Positions 39,545-51,257 of a stretch of 64,000 bases of DNA are shown here, in pieces. The stretch spans positions 16,469 to 80,468 of the forward strand of contig CAJXZZ010000002.1 of NCBI GenBank assembly GCA_913065105.1, written 5' to 3'. This DNA is from an uncultured Gammaproteobacteria bacterium. GTDB lineage: Bacteria > Pseudomonadota > Gammaproteobacteria > SZUA-229. A program made the position numbers and the translations under genes. The notes beneath the pieces were generated by a model, which had not been told where the DNA came from, did no database searches, and was given only the letters and a program-made list of their open reading frames with translations. The first letter of the stretch is position 1. The number at the start of each line of letters is the position of its first letter.

Positions 39545-40177
39545 ATGAAACCTCTACCTGAATTACAAGTTACCGTATATAGCGATTATATATGCCCTTT
39601 CTGTTATGTTGGACATCATCGTTTACAGCGCTTGCGTGATGAATACGATCTGAAAATAAACTGGTGTTTCCTGGAGATACACCCTGAGACCTCGGCTAAC
39701 GGCGAACCTATAGACTCCCTGGAATACCCCTCTGAACAATGGCAGAAGATGTTAGAAAATTTAGAACGTATTGCTCAGGAAGAAAATATTCCTTTATCCA
39801 AACTCAACTTTATTACAAATTCAAAAGACGCTTTAGTACTATCAGAAGCGGCCAAGCAATGTGGCCGTGAAGTATTTTATGATTTGCACGAAAGATTGTT
39901 TAACGCTTATTTTGTTGATGGGGAAAATATCGGCGACAGGAATGTACTGAAAAAAATCGCTAGCGCCTCCGGCATGGGTGATAAAACGATTGATTCATCG
40001 TGGACAGATGAAACCGTTAAAAAACGCTTACTAAATAACTTTAACAGCGCTCGCGCTCATAACATACAAAGCGTGCCTAGTTTTATTTTTGGAGAAAGAG
40101 TACTCACCGGCGTCGTCGCCGAATCAACTTTTCGAGATGCCGCAGAACAACTATCTAGAGCATGTAAAAATCATTAA
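39545..40177 (+). CDS. DsbA-like thioredoxin-fold protein (FrnE / 2-hydroxychromene-2-carboxylate isomerase family)
   Basis: YSDYICPFCY CxxC motif near the N-terminus. Confidence 0.7.
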   Translation: MKPLPELQVTVYSDYICPFCYVGHHRLQRLRDEYDLKINWCFLEIHPETSANGEPIDSLEYPSEQWQKMLENLERIAQEENIPLSKLNFITNSKDALVLSEAAKQCGREVFYDLHERLFNAYFVDGENIGDRNVLKKIASASGMGDKTIDSSWTDETVKKRLLNNFNSARAHNIQSVPSFIFGERVLTGVVAESTFRDAAEQLSRACKNH

Positions 40178-40216
40178 TGAAATTTATTTTTTCAGGTACT
40201 AGCCATCAGCTATAAA

Positions 40217-40828
40217 CTAATCTTCCGTCGCACCTAACATCGCCTCTTTTAAATCGTCATCTGCAGGTTCTTCACCTAACCAGACATCAAGCAACGCAGA
40301 ATAAAAATCCACCCCTTCAATAGCTGCTTTCGCTTCACCATTAAAAGAAACAACTGTGCCCGTCGCAGGGATGTAATCAAGTAAAACTATATCGCCTTCT
40401 TTTAAATCTGGAAAATAACTAATAAATGTACTCAGGCGTGATTCTAATTTTGAAAATTGTTCATCACTGCTATTTTCTTCAAAACCTTCACGCCATGCAT
40501 CAGCCATTTTTTTATGACTTATCTCATCATATACCATATGCATAAGCACACGTTTGGGTCCTTTTAGGGCTTGCACTGCATCACGTGAATCGACTTTAGT
40601 TTCTGTATAAAGCCCACCGACATATAAATTAAAAACAAACTTGGTACGATAACCCATGCCGTTTAACTGCAGCGGTTCACTTGTGCCATCTAAAGTCACG
40701 TTATCAGGCAAGACGACATCATCCAGTTGACGGGCATCAACCGATGCAGAAAAAAGAACCGGAAATAACAGCAGGATATAAGACGTCTTTATACGATAAA
40801 TTAATGTTTTTGTTGTCATAATAGCCAC
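40217..40828 (-). CDS. secreted chalcone-isomerase-like family protein
   Basis: Signal peptide, and GMGYRTKFVFNLYVGGLY resembling the bacterial CHI-like fold. This is a weak assignment. Confidence 0.5.
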   Translation of the reverse strand: MAIMTTKTLIYRIKTSYILLLFPVLFSASVDARQLDDVVLPDNVTLDGTSEPLQLNGMGYRTKFVFNLYVGGLYTETKVDSRDAVQALKGPKRVLMHMVYDEISHKKMADAWREGFEENSSDEQFSKLESRLSTFISYFPDLKEGDIVLLDYIPATGTVVSFNGEAKAAIEGVDFYSALLDVWLGEEPADDDLKEAMLGATED

Positions 40829-40936
40829 CTGTACAATTCAGTATTAATGAAAAGCTCTGCGTTTAAAGATATGATACATTGTAGGATGCAACTTATAAGG
40901 CTACACTAACATTAGATAGCGCTATCGACAACGACT

Positions 40937-41635
40937 ATGGATACAGAGATTGAGTCTAAGAACAAGCTTCTGACCTATGTGATATACGTCAGCCTGTCCT
41001 GCTTTTTTATGGCCTTCTTAAATGTTATCCATACTATCTATGTTCTTAAAATAGAATTCTCTATAGCCACGTTCATCATTCCTACATTCGCCGGACTATT
41101 ATTTGGTTTACTGCTCGCACAGATTAAAGTATTAAGCACGCGGCTACGCGGCATGGCTTATACGGATTCACTCACACACATATATAATCGCTTACATTTT
41201 GCACACTTTCTTGATGCACAAATCGACAAGGTAAAACGCTATGGCGGTAAATTTTCTATTATCTTTTTTGACCTTGATCATTTTAAGGAAGTTAATGACA
41301 ACTACGGTCATTTAACGGGTGATGACGTCCTCGAAAAAATCACAGACCTGGTATCAAAAGCGAACCGTAACGCTGATATTTTTGCACGATATGGCGGTGA
41401 AGAATTTATTATATTAACGCCTGAGACTGACCTAAACGGCGCATTAATTCATGCTGAGCGTTTACGCCATGATATAGAAAATTTTAACTTTGAAAAAGTT
41501 GGCCACATTACCAGTAGTTTTGGCGTAGCAGAATTTAATGCCGAAAAAGATAGCGTAGATGACCTACTCGCACGCGCAGATAAAGCGTTATATTTGGCTA
41601 AAGAGTACGGCCGTAACCGGGTGGAAAAAGCGTAG
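40937..41635 (+). CDS. membrane-anchored diguanylate cyclase (GGDEF)
   Basis: Two N-terminal TM helices and an RYGGEEF active site. Confidence 0.85.
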   Translation: MDTEIESKNKLLTYVIYVSLSCFFMAFLNVIHTIYVLKIEFSIATFIIPTFAGLLFGLLLAQIKVLSTRLRGMAYTDSLTHIYNRLHFAHFLDAQIDKVKRYGGKFSIIFFDLDHFKEVNDNYGHLTGDDVLEKITDLVSKANRNADIFARYGGEEFIILTPETDLNGALIHAERLRHDIENFNFEKVGHITSSFGVAEFNAEKDSVDDLLARADKALYLAKEYGRNRVEKA

Positions 41636-41657
41636 CTTCAGTGAACCAGCGAACAAA

Positions 41658-41684
41658 GTGAATAGTGAATAGTGAATAGTGAAT
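41658..41684. repeat. heptamer tandem repeat (GTGAATA)x4 with a partially complementary (TTATTAG)n tract at 41728-41758
   Basis: Read directly in the convergent GGDEF/gcvPB intergenic region. Confidence 0.7.
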
Positions 41685-41749
41685 TTTAAAACTAATCACC
41701 ATTTGACATAACTATAACGTTTTTAATGTTATTAACTATTAGTTATTAG

Positions 41750-43201
41750 TTATTCACTGCCTCTATAAGCCAGATCTAACTGCTTCGCTGCCCGTACTTC
41801 ATCAAGCCGCTTAACCGGCAATGTCTGTGGTGCAGCATGTAATATTTCAGGGTTCGTTTCGGCTTCCTGTTTTATCTGCTCCAGCGCATCCATAAAACCA
41901 TCCAGTGCCTCTTTTGCCTCTGACTCTGTCGGTTCGATCAACAGACATTCCGGTACTAATAACGGAAAGTAAGTGGTGGGTGCGTGATAACCTAGATCAA
42001 GCAGACGCTTGGCAAAATCCATCGCGGAGACATGATATTTACGCGCTTCATTTTTTAGAGTAATAATAAATTCATGACTGGCGCGACGACTATCGATAGC
42101 TAGAGTAAAACCACGACGTCTTGCTTCAGCCATCATGTAATTTGCATTTAAAGTGGCAAATTCTGCCACCCGCACCATGCCTTCGCGGCCAAGGAATCGC
42201 ATATAGATATAAGCACGCAGCAGCACGCCAGGGTTGCCCATAAATGCTGACAGACGTCCTATGCTCTGTGGGCAGTCTTTTGCGGTCAGGTAACGATACT
42301 GTTCACCTTCCTGCGTGACCATCGGTAATGGTAAAAAAGGAATCAGTCGTTCAGCAACACCAACCGCACCGGAGCCCGGACCACCGCCGCCGTGTGGGGT
42401 AGAAAATGTTTTATGTAGATTTGAATGAATAACATCAAAGCCCATATCGCCGGGGCGGATCTTACCTAAGATAGCGTTCAGGTTGGCACCATCGTAATAC
42501 AACAGACCACCCGCCTGATGCACCACTTTTGCTATCTCTTCAATATTGCGTTCAAACACACCCAGGGTTGATGGATTGGTCAACATCAAACCGGCTGTTT
42601 GCGGACCGACTGCCTGCTTTAAAGCATCGAGGTCGACATCACCGTTATCCAGAGTCGGAATCTCTTTTACGCTAAAACCGCACATCACTGCCGTAGCTGG
42701 ATTGGTGCCATGCGCTGCATCGGGCACCAAAATTTCTCTGCGCTCTTCATCACCGCGTGATTTATGATATGCATCTATCATCGCCACACCGGCAAACTCA
42801 CCTTGCGCCCCCGCCATCGGTGCTAATGAGAAGGCGGCCATGCCTGTGGCTTCGCATAACATGGACTGCAGATCAAACATGCAGGCCAGGAAACCCTGGT
42901 TTTGTTCATCGGGCGTCAGTGGATGCGCATTTAAAAAACCGGGCAGCATTGCCAGTGTATTACAGGCACGCGGGTTGTACTTCATGGTGCAGGAACCCAA
43001 TGGATAAAACTGGGTATCGATGGAAAAGTTCTTCTGCGACAGACGCGTGTAATGACGTACCGCCTGCAATTCAGAAACTTCAGGTAATGCCGCACGGTTC
43101 TTACGTAATAAACTTTCAGGGATCGCGCTAACCGAGGCTTTTTCAACCGGTGATTGCGGTGCGCCGTTACGCCCATGTGATGAATGTTCAAAGATTAACA
43201 T
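41750..43201 (-). CDS. gcvPB: glycine dehydrogenase (decarboxylating) subunit 2
   Basis: PLP-lysine region ([16 protein letters not shown]) of the split P-protein. Confidence 0.95.
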   Translation of the reverse strand: MLIFEHSSHGRNGAPQSPVEKASVSAIPESLLRKNRAALPEVSELQAVRHYTRLSQKNFSIDTQFYPLGSCTMKYNPRACNTLAMLPGFLNAHPLTPDEQNQGFLACMFDLQSMLCEATGMAAFSLAPMAGAQGEFAGVAMIDAYHKSRGDEERREILVPDAAHGTNPATAVMCGFSVKEIPTLDNGDVDLDALKQAVGPQTAGLMLTNPSTLGVFERNIEEIAKVVHQAGGLLYYDGANLNAILGKIRPGDMGFDVIHSNLHKTFSTPHGGGGPGSGAVGVAERLIPFLPLPMVTQEGEQYRYLTAKDCPQSIGRLSAFMGNPGVLLRAYIYMRFLGREGMVRVAEFATLNANYMMAEARRRGFTLAIDSRRASHEFIITLKNEARKYHVSAMDFAKRLLDLGYHAPTTYFPLLVPECLLIEPTESEAKEALDGFMDALEQIKQEAETNPEILHAAPQTLPVKRLDEVRAAKQLDLAYRGSE

Positions 43202-44610
43202 TATGCACTCTCCTGCAGCGATGCAACGTTATTAGCAGTCTGAGCTAGCACTTCCTGCATGGCTTTAGCATAAGCGGCTATATCATCTTCATTACGCATC
43301 TCTGTGGTACATACCAGTATCGCATGGCCTAGCTCGGGATAATCTAAAGACAGATCAAAACCACCCAGGATGCCTTTTTGCATTAGCGCTTTTAGCACCT
43401 GTTGTGCAGGCACTTCTAACTGCAAGACTGTTTCATGAAAGTGCGCACCTGCAAATGCTTTTTTTACGTCTGCGATCGCGCAAAGCTGTACTACCAGGTT
43501 ATTATTATTTTGGTGGCAAGCCGCTGCGGTATTCTCCAGACCCTTAGCACCCATGATCGCCATATGAATCGTCGACGCAGTAACCACCAGCCCCTGGTTT
43601 GTACAGATATTTGAAGTCGCTTTGGAACGGCGGATATGTTGCTCACGCGCCTGCAGTGTTAGGACAAAACCTTCCTTACCATCCAGATCGACGGTACGAC
43701 CGACGATGCGTCCGGGCATCTGCCTGACCAGTGCCTGCTTACAACATAACAACCCGTAATATGGACCACCTGCAGACATCGGTGCACCCAGCGGCTGACC
43801 ATCACCACAGGCGATATCCGCGCCTTTACTCGCCTCATCCAGCCCCCATTCACCCGGAGGATTTAATACTGTGATCGCTAATGGATTAACCGCCGCAATG
43901 ACTAATATATTGTTTTCATGCGCCCAGTCAGTAATTTCATCGACCGCCTCCAGACAACCAAAGAAGTTTGGCTGCTGCAATACTATCGCGGTGATGTCGG
44001 CCTCAGCCTGTTGCTTGATCTGATCCAGCGTCACCGTTCCCGTTGCCTTGTCATAAGGCACTTCGACAAGATCAATCTGCTGACCTTTTACTATCGTGTG
44101 TGCTGTCTGACGGTAAACCGGGTTGACCGTTGTCGGAATTAAGATCTTTCGCGATTTCGATTTTCGGTTGGCACGCACCGCCATCAAGATAGCTTCTGCC
44201 AATGATGAAGCACCGTCATACATCGATGCATTAGATACATCCATCGCCGTTAACGCCGTCATCATACTCTGATATTCGTAGGTTAACTGCAAGGTACCCT
44301 GCGACGCTTCCGCCTGATAGGGCGTATAGGCACTATAGAATTCACCGCGGGTAGTAATCTCCCACACTGCGGCCGGAATATGATGCTGATATGCGCCAGC
44401 GCCTAAAAAACATAAAGCCTTAGTGTTTTTTTCGGCGCGTTGACGCATCAGACGTGACACTTCCATTTCTGTCATGCCGGTAGGAACCGCTGATAAAACA
44501 GCCGCACGCAAATGCGTGGGAATTTCATCAAATAAGTCTTCGATGGAATCAGCGCCGATAGTCTGTAACATCTGCGTGATTTCTTGTTCTGTGTGTGGGA
44601 TAAAAGGCAT
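43201..44610 (-). CDS. gcvPA: glycine dehydrogenase (decarboxylating) subunit 1
   Basis: N-terminal half of the P-protein. Its start/stop overlaps gcvPB. Confidence 0.95.
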   Translation of the reverse strand: MPFIPHTEQEITQMLQTIGADSIEDLFDEIPTHLRAAVLSAVPTGMTEMEVSRLMRQRAEKNTKALCFLGAGAYQHHIPAAVWEITTRGEFYSAYTPYQAEASQGTLQLTYEYQSMMTALTAMDVSNASMYDGASSLAEAILMAVRANRKSKSRKILIPTTVNPVYRQTAHTIVKGQQIDLVEVPYDKATGTVTLDQIKQQAEADITAIVLQQPNFFGCLEAVDEITDWAHENNILVIAAVNPLAITVLNPPGEWGLDEASKGADIACGDGQPLGAPMSAGGPYYGLLCCKQALVRQMPGRIVGRTVDLDGKEGFVLTLQAREQHIRRSKATSNICTNQGLVVTASTIHMAIMGAKGLENTAAACHQNNNNLVVQLCAIADVKKAFAGAHFHETVLQLEVPAQQVLKALMQKGILGGFDLSLDYPELGHAILVCTTEMRNEDDIAAYAKAMQEVLAQTANNVASLQESA

Positions 44611-44637
44611 ACGAATCTATAAAAAATGATTAAAAAA

Positions 44638-44663
44638 ATCTGTTGGCCGTTAGAAATAACGGC
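44638..44663 (-). terminator. 10 bp-stem hairpin followed by a T-tract between gcvH and gcvPA; an intra-operon terminator or attenuator
   Basis: GTTGGCCGTT-atttct-AACGGCCAAC, then AGATTTTTTTAATCATTTTTT on the minus strand. Confidence 0.5.
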
Positions 44664-44674
44664 CAACGTAAAAT

Positions 44675-45058
44675 TTACTCTGCTATTTCATCCTGATAAG
44701 CATCTGCATCCATCAGATCATCAAACTCTTCGGCTGATGGCCTGATTTTAAATAACCAGCCGTTATCGTAAGGCGAATCATTTATTATTTCTGGTTCATC
44801 GACCAGCGCTTCATTAACTTCAGCCACTTCACCACTGATCGGCATATAAACATCTGACGCCGCTTTTACCGACTCAACAACACAGCACTCATCGCCAGCT
44901 ACAAATTCCAGGCCTGCTTCGGGCAATTCCACAAATACCAGATCGCCCAGCAATTCTTGCGCATGATCACTGATACCGACGGTCACCAAACCATCGTCTT
45001 CTAAACGCAACCACTCGTGTGATTTAGTATATTTTAATTCAGAAGGTACTTCGCTCAT
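44675..45058 (-). CDS. gcvH: glycine cleavage system H protein
   Basis: Lipoyl-lysine motif ESVKAASD. Confidence 0.95.
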   Translation of the reverse strand: MSEVPSELKYTKSHEWLRLEDDGLVTVGISDHAQELLGDLVFVELPEAGLEFVAGDECCVVESVKAASDVYMPISGEVAEVNEALVDEPEIINDSPYDNGWLFKIRPSAEEFDDLMDADAYQDEIAE

Positions 45059-45139
45059 CTCTTATTCCCCTAATACAGAATCTTGTTGAGGCGCAGATTA
45101 TACTCCCCAACGGTTAAAAGTCTTACACGACAGTACCGG

Positions 45140-46246
45140 CTAAACAGCCTGACCGTCACGCACAAACACCGGTTTTACCACGCTAGCATTTAGTAATTTA
45201 CCGCGAATATCCACCTTGCATGTTTCGCCCGTTGCAACCGGCACGCGTGCCAGGGCTATGGATTTTTGCAGACTCGGAGAAAAAGTACCACTGGTTATTT
45301 CACCCTCACCCTGCTGGCCATCACCGATATCAACCAGCACTTTTTGATGACCGCGCAAGACACCTTTTTCTTCGAGCACGAGGCCGACAATTTTCTGTTT
45401 GATGCCTGCCGCTTTTTCTTTTTCTAATGCACTACGGCCAATAAAATCTCTGTCTTCAGGCGACCAGGCAATGGTCCATGACAGACCAGAGATCAGCGGT
45501 GAGGTGTCTTCTGTCATATCACTGCCGTATAGATTCATGCCGGCTTCTAATCTCAGGGTATCACGCGCGCCAAGCCCACAGGGTTTAACACCCGCTGCAG
45601 CGAGTTTATCCCAGAGTGCGGCGGCTTCTGTTTCTGGCAGCATCACTTCAAAACCATCTTCACCGGTATAACCCGTACGCCCAACAAACCAGTCACCGCA
45701 ATCTGCACCAAAAAATCGCTTCAGCGGAGTAGCGGCTTCAACCACATCGACCGGTAAAGCCTGAAATGCTTTTTCGCGCGCATGCGGTCCCTGCACAGCA
45801 ATCATGGCCAGATCATCACGTTCTTTCACACTGACATTATATGCGCTGGCATGTTTGTTAATCCAGGCAAGGTCTTTTTCACGGGTACCGGCATTGATCA
45901 CCACACGATACCAGTCGTCAGACATGTAATACACGATCAGATCATCGATGACGCCGCCCTGCTCATTGAGCATACAACTGTACAGCGCTTTTCCACGCTC
46001 AGTAAGTTTGGCAACATCATTGGCCAGTAGATACTGCAGAAAAGCCTTAATATCACTCGCTTCTGTCGCCATACCAAGATCAACAATCACCATGTGTGAC
46101 ACATCGAACATTCCGGCATCTTTTCTTACCTGATGATGCTCATCAATCTGAGAGCCATAATTGACCGGCATCTGCCAACCTGCAAAATCAACAATCTTGC
46201 CTTTATATTCGACATGTTTATCAAAAAGAACGGTTTTATTACTCAT
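45140..46246 (-). CDS. gcvT: glycine cleavage system aminomethyltransferase T
   Basis: Full-length GcvT similarity. Confidence 0.95.
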   Translation of the reverse strand: MSNKTVLFDKHVEYKGKIVDFAGWQMPVNYGSQIDEHHQVRKDAGMFDVSHMVIVDLGMATEASDIKAFLQYLLANDVAKLTERGKALYSCMLNEQGGVIDDLIVYYMSDDWYRVVINAGTREKDLAWINKHASAYNVSVKERDDLAMIAVQGPHAREKAFQALPVDVVEAATPLKRFFGADCGDWFVGRTGYTGEDGFEVMLPETEAAALWDKLAAAGVKPCGLGARDTLRLEAGMNLYGSDMTEDTSPLISGLSWTIAWSPEDRDFIGRSALEKEKAAGIKQKIVGLVLEEKGVLRGHQKVLVDIGDGQQGEGEITSGTFSPSLQKSIALARVPVATGETCKVDIRGKLLNASVVKPVFVRDGQAV

Positions 46247-46365
46247 AATTTTTATGCTGGTGATGGACGTTTAATAATCAAAATTCGCGCTGATTTTACA
46301 CGTTTTAATGCCTTAGAACCCTGATAAATAATAGTGTCTCTAGGCGATTTAAAATCGAGCCAATA

Positions 46366-47574
46366 TTAGCCCAATGCCTGCTGAATGATCTTATACTTCA
46401 GCGCAGGGATATGATCTACCAGAGACAAACCGGCATTTCGCACTTCTGACAGGGCCGCATTTTTACGGCCAAATAACTCTTTAAAACCGGTCATTGATGC
46501 TTCCATCAATTGATTAGCACCTCTGCGCTGGCGCTGATATTTCACCAGAGTATGTAAAGCCGCCCATTGTCGGTTTGCCTTTTTCGCGGCAAGGATAACG
46601 TCTGCCAGTACGAAAGCATCGGCAATACCCAGGTTAGCCCCCTGTCCCGCCAGAGGGTGTATGTTGTGAGCCGCATCACCGATTAACGCCAACCCTGGCT
46701 TGACGTATTCGCTGACATGGCCGTGTGATAAAGGAAACAGAAATCGTTGGCTCACATCCAGTATTTCACCCAGTTTAAACTCACTGGCCTCGGCTAAAAC
46801 AATCTTGAACGCCTCGTCATCCAGCGCCATGTATTGCTCTGCATATGTCTCATCCAGTGACCAGACTATAGAGCTATCGCCATTGTATAAGGGTAAAAAG
46901 GCTAACGGTCCGCTTGGCATAAAACATTGCCATGCGGTATTTTGATGATGCTCACTGGTTGTCACATTGCATACCAGCCCCTGCTGCTGATAAGACTGCT
47001 TTGCACGCTGGATCAGGGCAACATCTCTGACTTTTGAATTAACGCCATCAGCGCCAACCAGTAATTTTGCACTGACTATTTTTCCAGAGACTAAGGTTAA
47101 TCTGCTGGCCAGGTGTTTTTTATCATCACTGATTTTATCGTCACTGAACTGATAGTCAATTTCGCTAATTTCTTGCGGACATAAATAAGTGATGTTGTCA
47201 GCAGAACGCACCGATTCAAGCAGCATATGCTGCAAAACATTATTCTCGACTATAACGCCTAACTCGGGCACCCCCAGCTCAGCACTATCAAATTCGATTT
47301 GCCCCGCCCCGGTTTGATCCCAGACAAACATTTTTTCAAAGGCACAAACACGTTGCACCAGAGATGACTCAAATACCCCTCGTTGCCGAAAATGTTTTAA
47401 TGCTGATCGATTGATCGCCGATACGCGACAATCCGGTTTTTCACCTATAACGTCAAGTTCGTTTCGCTCGATCACTGCGACTGAAAAATCTGATCCGGCA
47501 AGCGCATTAGCAAAACTTAAACCCACTATGCCACCGCCGACGATCACGATATCAAACATAAGGTCTTCACTCAC
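46366..47574 (-). CDS. ubiI: FAD-dependent ubiquinone biosynthesis hydroxylase (UbiI/VisC-like)
   Basis: GGGIVG dinucleotide fold and a GDAAH motif. Position after ubiH as in E. coli. Confidence 0.75.
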   Translation of the reverse strand: MSEDLMFDIVIVGGGIVGLSFANALAGSDFSVAVIERNELDVIGEKPDCRVSAINRSALKHFRQRGVFESSLVQRVCAFEKMFVWDQTGAGQIEFDSAELGVPELGVIVENNVLQHMLLESVRSADNITYLCPQEISEIDYQFSDDKISDDKKHLASRLTLVSGKIVSAKLLVGADGVNSKVRDVALIQRAKQSYQQQGLVCNVTTSEHHQNTAWQCFMPSGPLAFLPLYNGDSSIVWSLDETYAEQYMALDDEAFKIVLAEASEFKLGEILDVSQRFLFPLSHGHVSEYVKPGLALIGDAAHNIHPLAGQGANLGIADAFVLADVILAAKKANRQWAALHTLVKYQRQRRGANQLMEASMTGFKELFGRKNAALSEVRNAGLSLVDHIPALKYKIIQQALG

Positions 47575-48860
47575 AACCGCAGCCCTCGATTCAAACGTGT
47601 CAAACGTCCATTAAGACCCATGCTCTGTGTCGCCAGCTGATGTTTTATACCGGGCAGAACATCCACCATAAACAGGCTCAATGAACGCATATGCGCCAGT
47701 GGCGTTATTGCATTGGAAAAGGTTTTTACCAGTGTATCGGTAAAACGATAGACATTTTTTATATCCTGCTGACGCAGACTGGCATAGTGTTGCAACATCG
47801 CCTGCTGACCAATATCATCACTTGTTCTGCGCGTTTCAACGATCAACTCTGACAACAATGCGATATCTCTCAGTGCCAGATTAAATCCCTGCCCCGCAAC
47901 GGGATGCACACTGTGTGCGGCATTACCGATTACGGCCACACGACCATGTACCATCTGTGAGGCTGACTGTAAAAACAGGGGATAGATATGTCGCGCACCC
48001 ACTTTTTTAAACTGGCCTAGACGATAACCAAAACGCTGTTGCAACTGTTGCAGAAAGTCTGCTTCACCCAGAGCATATAAATACTCTGCCTGCTCTGGGC
48101 TTAAGGTCCACACTACGGAGCAGCGATTTTTTGTCATCGGTAAAAAAGCTAAAGGTCCCGTATCGGTAAAACGCTCATAGGCGACATTATTATGTTTTTT
48201 ACCCGGCGTGACATTGGTGATCAAAGCCACCTGATCGTAACTTTTTTTGCTGCTACCAATATTTAGTAGCTGCAATACCTGTGAATTATTACCGTCAGCG
48301 GCAACCAGCAATTTGCCAGTGAGTGATGTCGGCTCACCATCGATGAGAATCTCGATTGATACCTGCTCCTCATCCTGTTTTAAAGACTTCAATTCCGCCG
48401 GACAAAATAAGCTGATAGTCGATACCAGGTTATCTTTCTGAACATGGTTTTCAGCTTCACTTCTCTTTTCGTTCATGGCCACATATAACTGCTGCCCGAT
48501 ACTTCGATTTTCCAGCACATAACCCAGTGCCTCGACGCCTTCCTGTTCTTTGCTCAGGCGAGTAACGCCGAAATGCCCACGGTCCGAAATGTGAATGCTG
48601 TCGATAGCTTCAGCCACGGGCGCAAGCGATGACCACAATCCCATGCTGTCAAAGATACAGCGACTACCGTATGACAGTGCCACCGTGCGATCATCATAAC
48701 TTGGCTGTGAATCTGTATTTAACTGATGCGCTTCAATCACTGCAATCTTTAAAGCGGTATCCAGACGAACATCTTTTAACGCACAGGCAAGACTGGCACC
48801 GGCGAGGCCACCGCCGATGATGATCAGATCAAAACAATTGTCTGTTACAACTTCTGACAT
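47571..48860 (-). CDS. ubiH: 2-octaprenyl-6-methoxyphenol hydroxylase (UbiH-like)
   Basis: GGGLAG and GNAAH motifs. Located in the pepP-ubiH-ubiI operon. Confidence 0.75.
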   Translation of the reverse strand: MSEVVTDNCFDLIIIGGGLAGASLACALKDVRLDTALKIAVIEAHQLNTDSQPSYDDRTVALSYGSRCIFDSMGLWSSLAPVAEAIDSIHISDRGHFGVTRLSKEQEGVEALGYVLENRSIGQQLYVAMNEKRSEAENHVQKDNLVSTISLFCPAELKSLKQDEEQVSIEILIDGEPTSLTGKLLVAADGNNSQVLQLLNIGSSKKSYDQVALITNVTPGKKHNNVAYERFTDTGPLAFLPMTKNRCSVVWTLSPEQAEYLYALGEADFLQQLQQRFGYRLGQFKKVGARHIYPLFLQSASQMVHGRVAVIGNAAHSVHPVAGQGFNLALRDIALLSELIVETRRTSDDIGQQAMLQHYASLRQQDIKNVYRFTDTLVKTFSNAITPLAHMRSLSLFMVDVLPGIKHQLATQSMGLNGRLTRLNRGLRL

Positions 48861-48922
48861 AAAATTAACGCTATCGATTCAAACACAAAAATTTTTTACC
48901 GCAGAGGCGCGGAGAATATTTT

Positions 48923-50224
48923 TTAAGAAGCCATCACCGCTTCAATTTCTTCAACAGTCCGTGGCAAGCCTTTGGTCAGCAGCTCAAAACCATCTTTAGT
49001 CACCGCCAGATCATCTTCGATGCGCACACCGATATCCCACCAGCGTTTAGCACCACGACTACCTGCTGGAATATATAAACCCGGCTCGACCGTTAGCACC
49101 ATGCCCGGTTCTAATAATCGCCAGTTATCATCTATTTTATAGTCACCAACATCATGCACATCCATGCCTAACCAGTGTCCGGTACGGTGCATGTAATACT
49201 TCATGTAACTGCCATCTTTGATCAGCTGCGCAGGCTTGCCTTTTAACAGACCAATTTCGACCATGCCTTTGGTTAATGCTTTGACGGCTGCATCATGTGG
49301 ATCATTCCAGTGATTACCCGGTTTGACCTTGGCAAAGGCGGCTTCCTGCGCGTCTAATACTACTTCATAAATTTCCTGCTGTGGCACAGTGTATTTGCCA
49401 TTAACAGGAAAGGTACGGGTTATATCAGCCGCATACCCCTGATACTCTGCACCAGCATCGATCAACACCAGATCTTTATCTTTGAGTTCCGCGTTATTTT
49501 CTGTGTAATGCAAGATGCAGCCGTTTTCACCGCCGCCAACGATGGAGGTATATGCCCAGCCGGCACCACCCCGTTTAAAACCACAGAGAAACTCTGCTTC
49601 TAGCTCATATTCATATAACCCCGGTTTGCATACCTGCATGGCTTTGATGTGCGCCTGTACCGAAATCTTTGCAGCCTTGCGCATCAAAACCAGCTCTTCT
49701 CGAGATTTATACAGTCGCATATCGTGCAACAGATATTCGAGTGAAACAAATTCATAAGGCACACGCGCACCACGCCGCGACTGGGTACGTAGATCGTTGA
49801 CACAGTTAAGAACATGTTTATCAAATTCCGGATTCAGGCCAATGCTGTAATACACACTCTCCCGGTCTTCCATCAGGCCGGGCAGTATTTCTTCCAGGTC
49901 ATCAATCGGATAAGCGTCATCCGCATCAAAGTGTTCTACCGCCCCTTCCGTGCCATAACGACGCCCATCCCAGGTTTCTTTCATCGGATCGCGGTCTCGG
50001 CAAAACAGAATGAATTCCCCCTGCTTACGATTCGGGATTAATACAATAACCGAATCAGGCTCATTAAATCCGCTTAGATAGGTAAAATCGCTATCCTGAC
50101 GAAACCCGTGCTCCACATCTCGATTACGGATTAACGTGGGTGCAGCGGGTAATATCGCGACTGAATTTTCATTCATCATTCGCATTAGCTGCTTGCGACG
50201 CCTTAGGTATACTTTTTTATTCAA
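48923..50224 (-). CDS. pepP: Xaa-Pro aminopeptidase
   Basis: M24B pita-bread fold with the metal ligands H..D..D..H..E..E. Confidence 0.9.
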   Translation of the reverse strand: MNKKVYLRRRKQLMRMMNENSVAILPAAPTLIRNRDVEHGFRQDSDFTYLSGFNEPDSVIVLIPNRKQGEFILFCRDRDPMKETWDGRRYGTEGAVEHFDADDAYPIDDLEEILPGLMEDRESVYYSIGLNPEFDKHVLNCVNDLRTQSRRGARVPYEFVSLEYLLHDMRLYKSREELVLMRKAAKISVQAHIKAMQVCKPGLYEYELEAEFLCGFKRGGAGWAYTSIVGGGENGCILHYTENNAELKDKDLVLIDAGAEYQGYAADITRTFPVNGKYTVPQQEIYEVVLDAQEAAFAKVKPGNHWNDPHDAAVKALTKGMVEIGLLKGKPAQLIKDGSYMKYYMHRTGHWLGMDVHDVGDYKIDDNWRLLEPGMVLTVEPGLYIPAGSRGAKRWWDIGVRIEDDLAVTKDGFELLTKGLPRTVEEIEAVMAS

Positions 50225-50261
50225 TCGGCTTCTCTTTTTATTTTTTTAGGGGATCAAGGTA

Positions 50262-50873
50262 TTAATGTACGGTTTGAGAGGACTGCAACGGTTGCAACTC
50301 CTCATAAATAAATACTATTCCCATACGCACATATTCACTCACTTCCATAAAAGCAACTTCATCTTCTTCATTATCATCGTCCATACTGGCGTCCAGCCCA
50401 GCCTCGGCTTCATCGTCAGCAACATACCCGGCACGTGAAATCTCTAAAATATCTTTGATTAATTCTTTGCTGTCTTCAGGTAACTCGGTATCTTCTTTGA
50501 TGCCACCAAGACTCAGGCCATAGACGAAACCCTGACACCAGGTACCCAGCGCTTCGACACGAGACTCCAGCGGCTCATCATCATCAGGTAACATCATTTC
50601 AAACTCGATATCGTTGCCATTCATCTGCTCGACCGACATCTGGTGGATCTGCAGTAATTTTTTGCCGGTAGTCTGCAACAGCTTGCTGGTTTCTTCATGC
50701 TCCCCAAGTACATGCAGCATCCACTGAGATGCCTCTGTCGCCCCTTGCGCGCATAACATGCCACACAGAGCGCCGTGCGATTCGATGGCGCCTAAAGCTG
50801 CATCAACGTCAAATAACAAACCTTCTAATTGTGGAATATCTGGATAATTCTGCATCAGGAATAAAATGCTCAA
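50262..50873 (-). CDS. ygfB: UPF0149 family protein YgfB
   Basis: Acidic YgfB-like protein upstream of pepP, as in E. coli. Confidence 0.75.
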   Translation of the reverse strand: MSILFLMQNYPDIPQLEGLLFDVDAALGAIESHGALCGMLCAQGATEASQWMLHVLGEHEETSKLLQTTGKKLLQIHQMSVEQMNGNDIEFEMMLPDDDEPLESRVEALGTWCQGFVYGLSLGGIKEDTELPEDSKELIKDILEISRAGYVADDEAEAGLDASMDDDNEEDEVAFMEVSEYVRMGIVFIYEELQPLQSSQTVH

Positions 50874-50965
50874 AACAAAAAAGCCAGTTTAAAACAAACG
50901 GTAGATAAATACCCCTGATAAGTGGTCTTAGATAAGTACATTTTCACTTAAATTCCCTATTGTAA

Positions 50966-51214
50966 TTGACCAAAAGCAATTCTCGTCCTACTATTAGCCC
51001 CATGACTGACACAATAACAAGAATAAACAAACTCGAAGAGCAAGTAGTTGAACTGCTTGAACTCTGCCAAAGACTGGGTGATGACAATAAAGAGCTACGT
51101 GCTCAACTTCATCACCTCACCTCGGAACGCTCAAATCTTATAGAACAAAAAGAAAAAATACGCGTACAGGTAGAATCCATGATTACCCGTTTACGCTCCA
51201 TGGAAAAAGCCTGA
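50966..51214 (+). CDS. small coiled-coil protein (ZapB-like / TIGR02449 family) upstream of zapA
   Basis: Heptad-rich 82 aa protein in the position conserved in Pseudomonas-type loci. Confidence 0.55.
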   Translation: MTKSNSRPTISPMTDTITRINKLEEQVVELLELCQRLGDDNKELRAQLHHLTSERSNLIEQKEKIRVQVESMITRLRSMEKA

Positions 51215-51257
51215 TAAATACACTCGTAACACCGTTCACCGATAGAGGTTGCCTTAA

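Noticed and set aside
46247-46365. Glycine riboswitch expected upstream of gcvT
   Set aside because: The leader is only about 120 nt. It lacks the conserved GGAGAG...ACCGAAGG aptamer cores on the gcvT strand.
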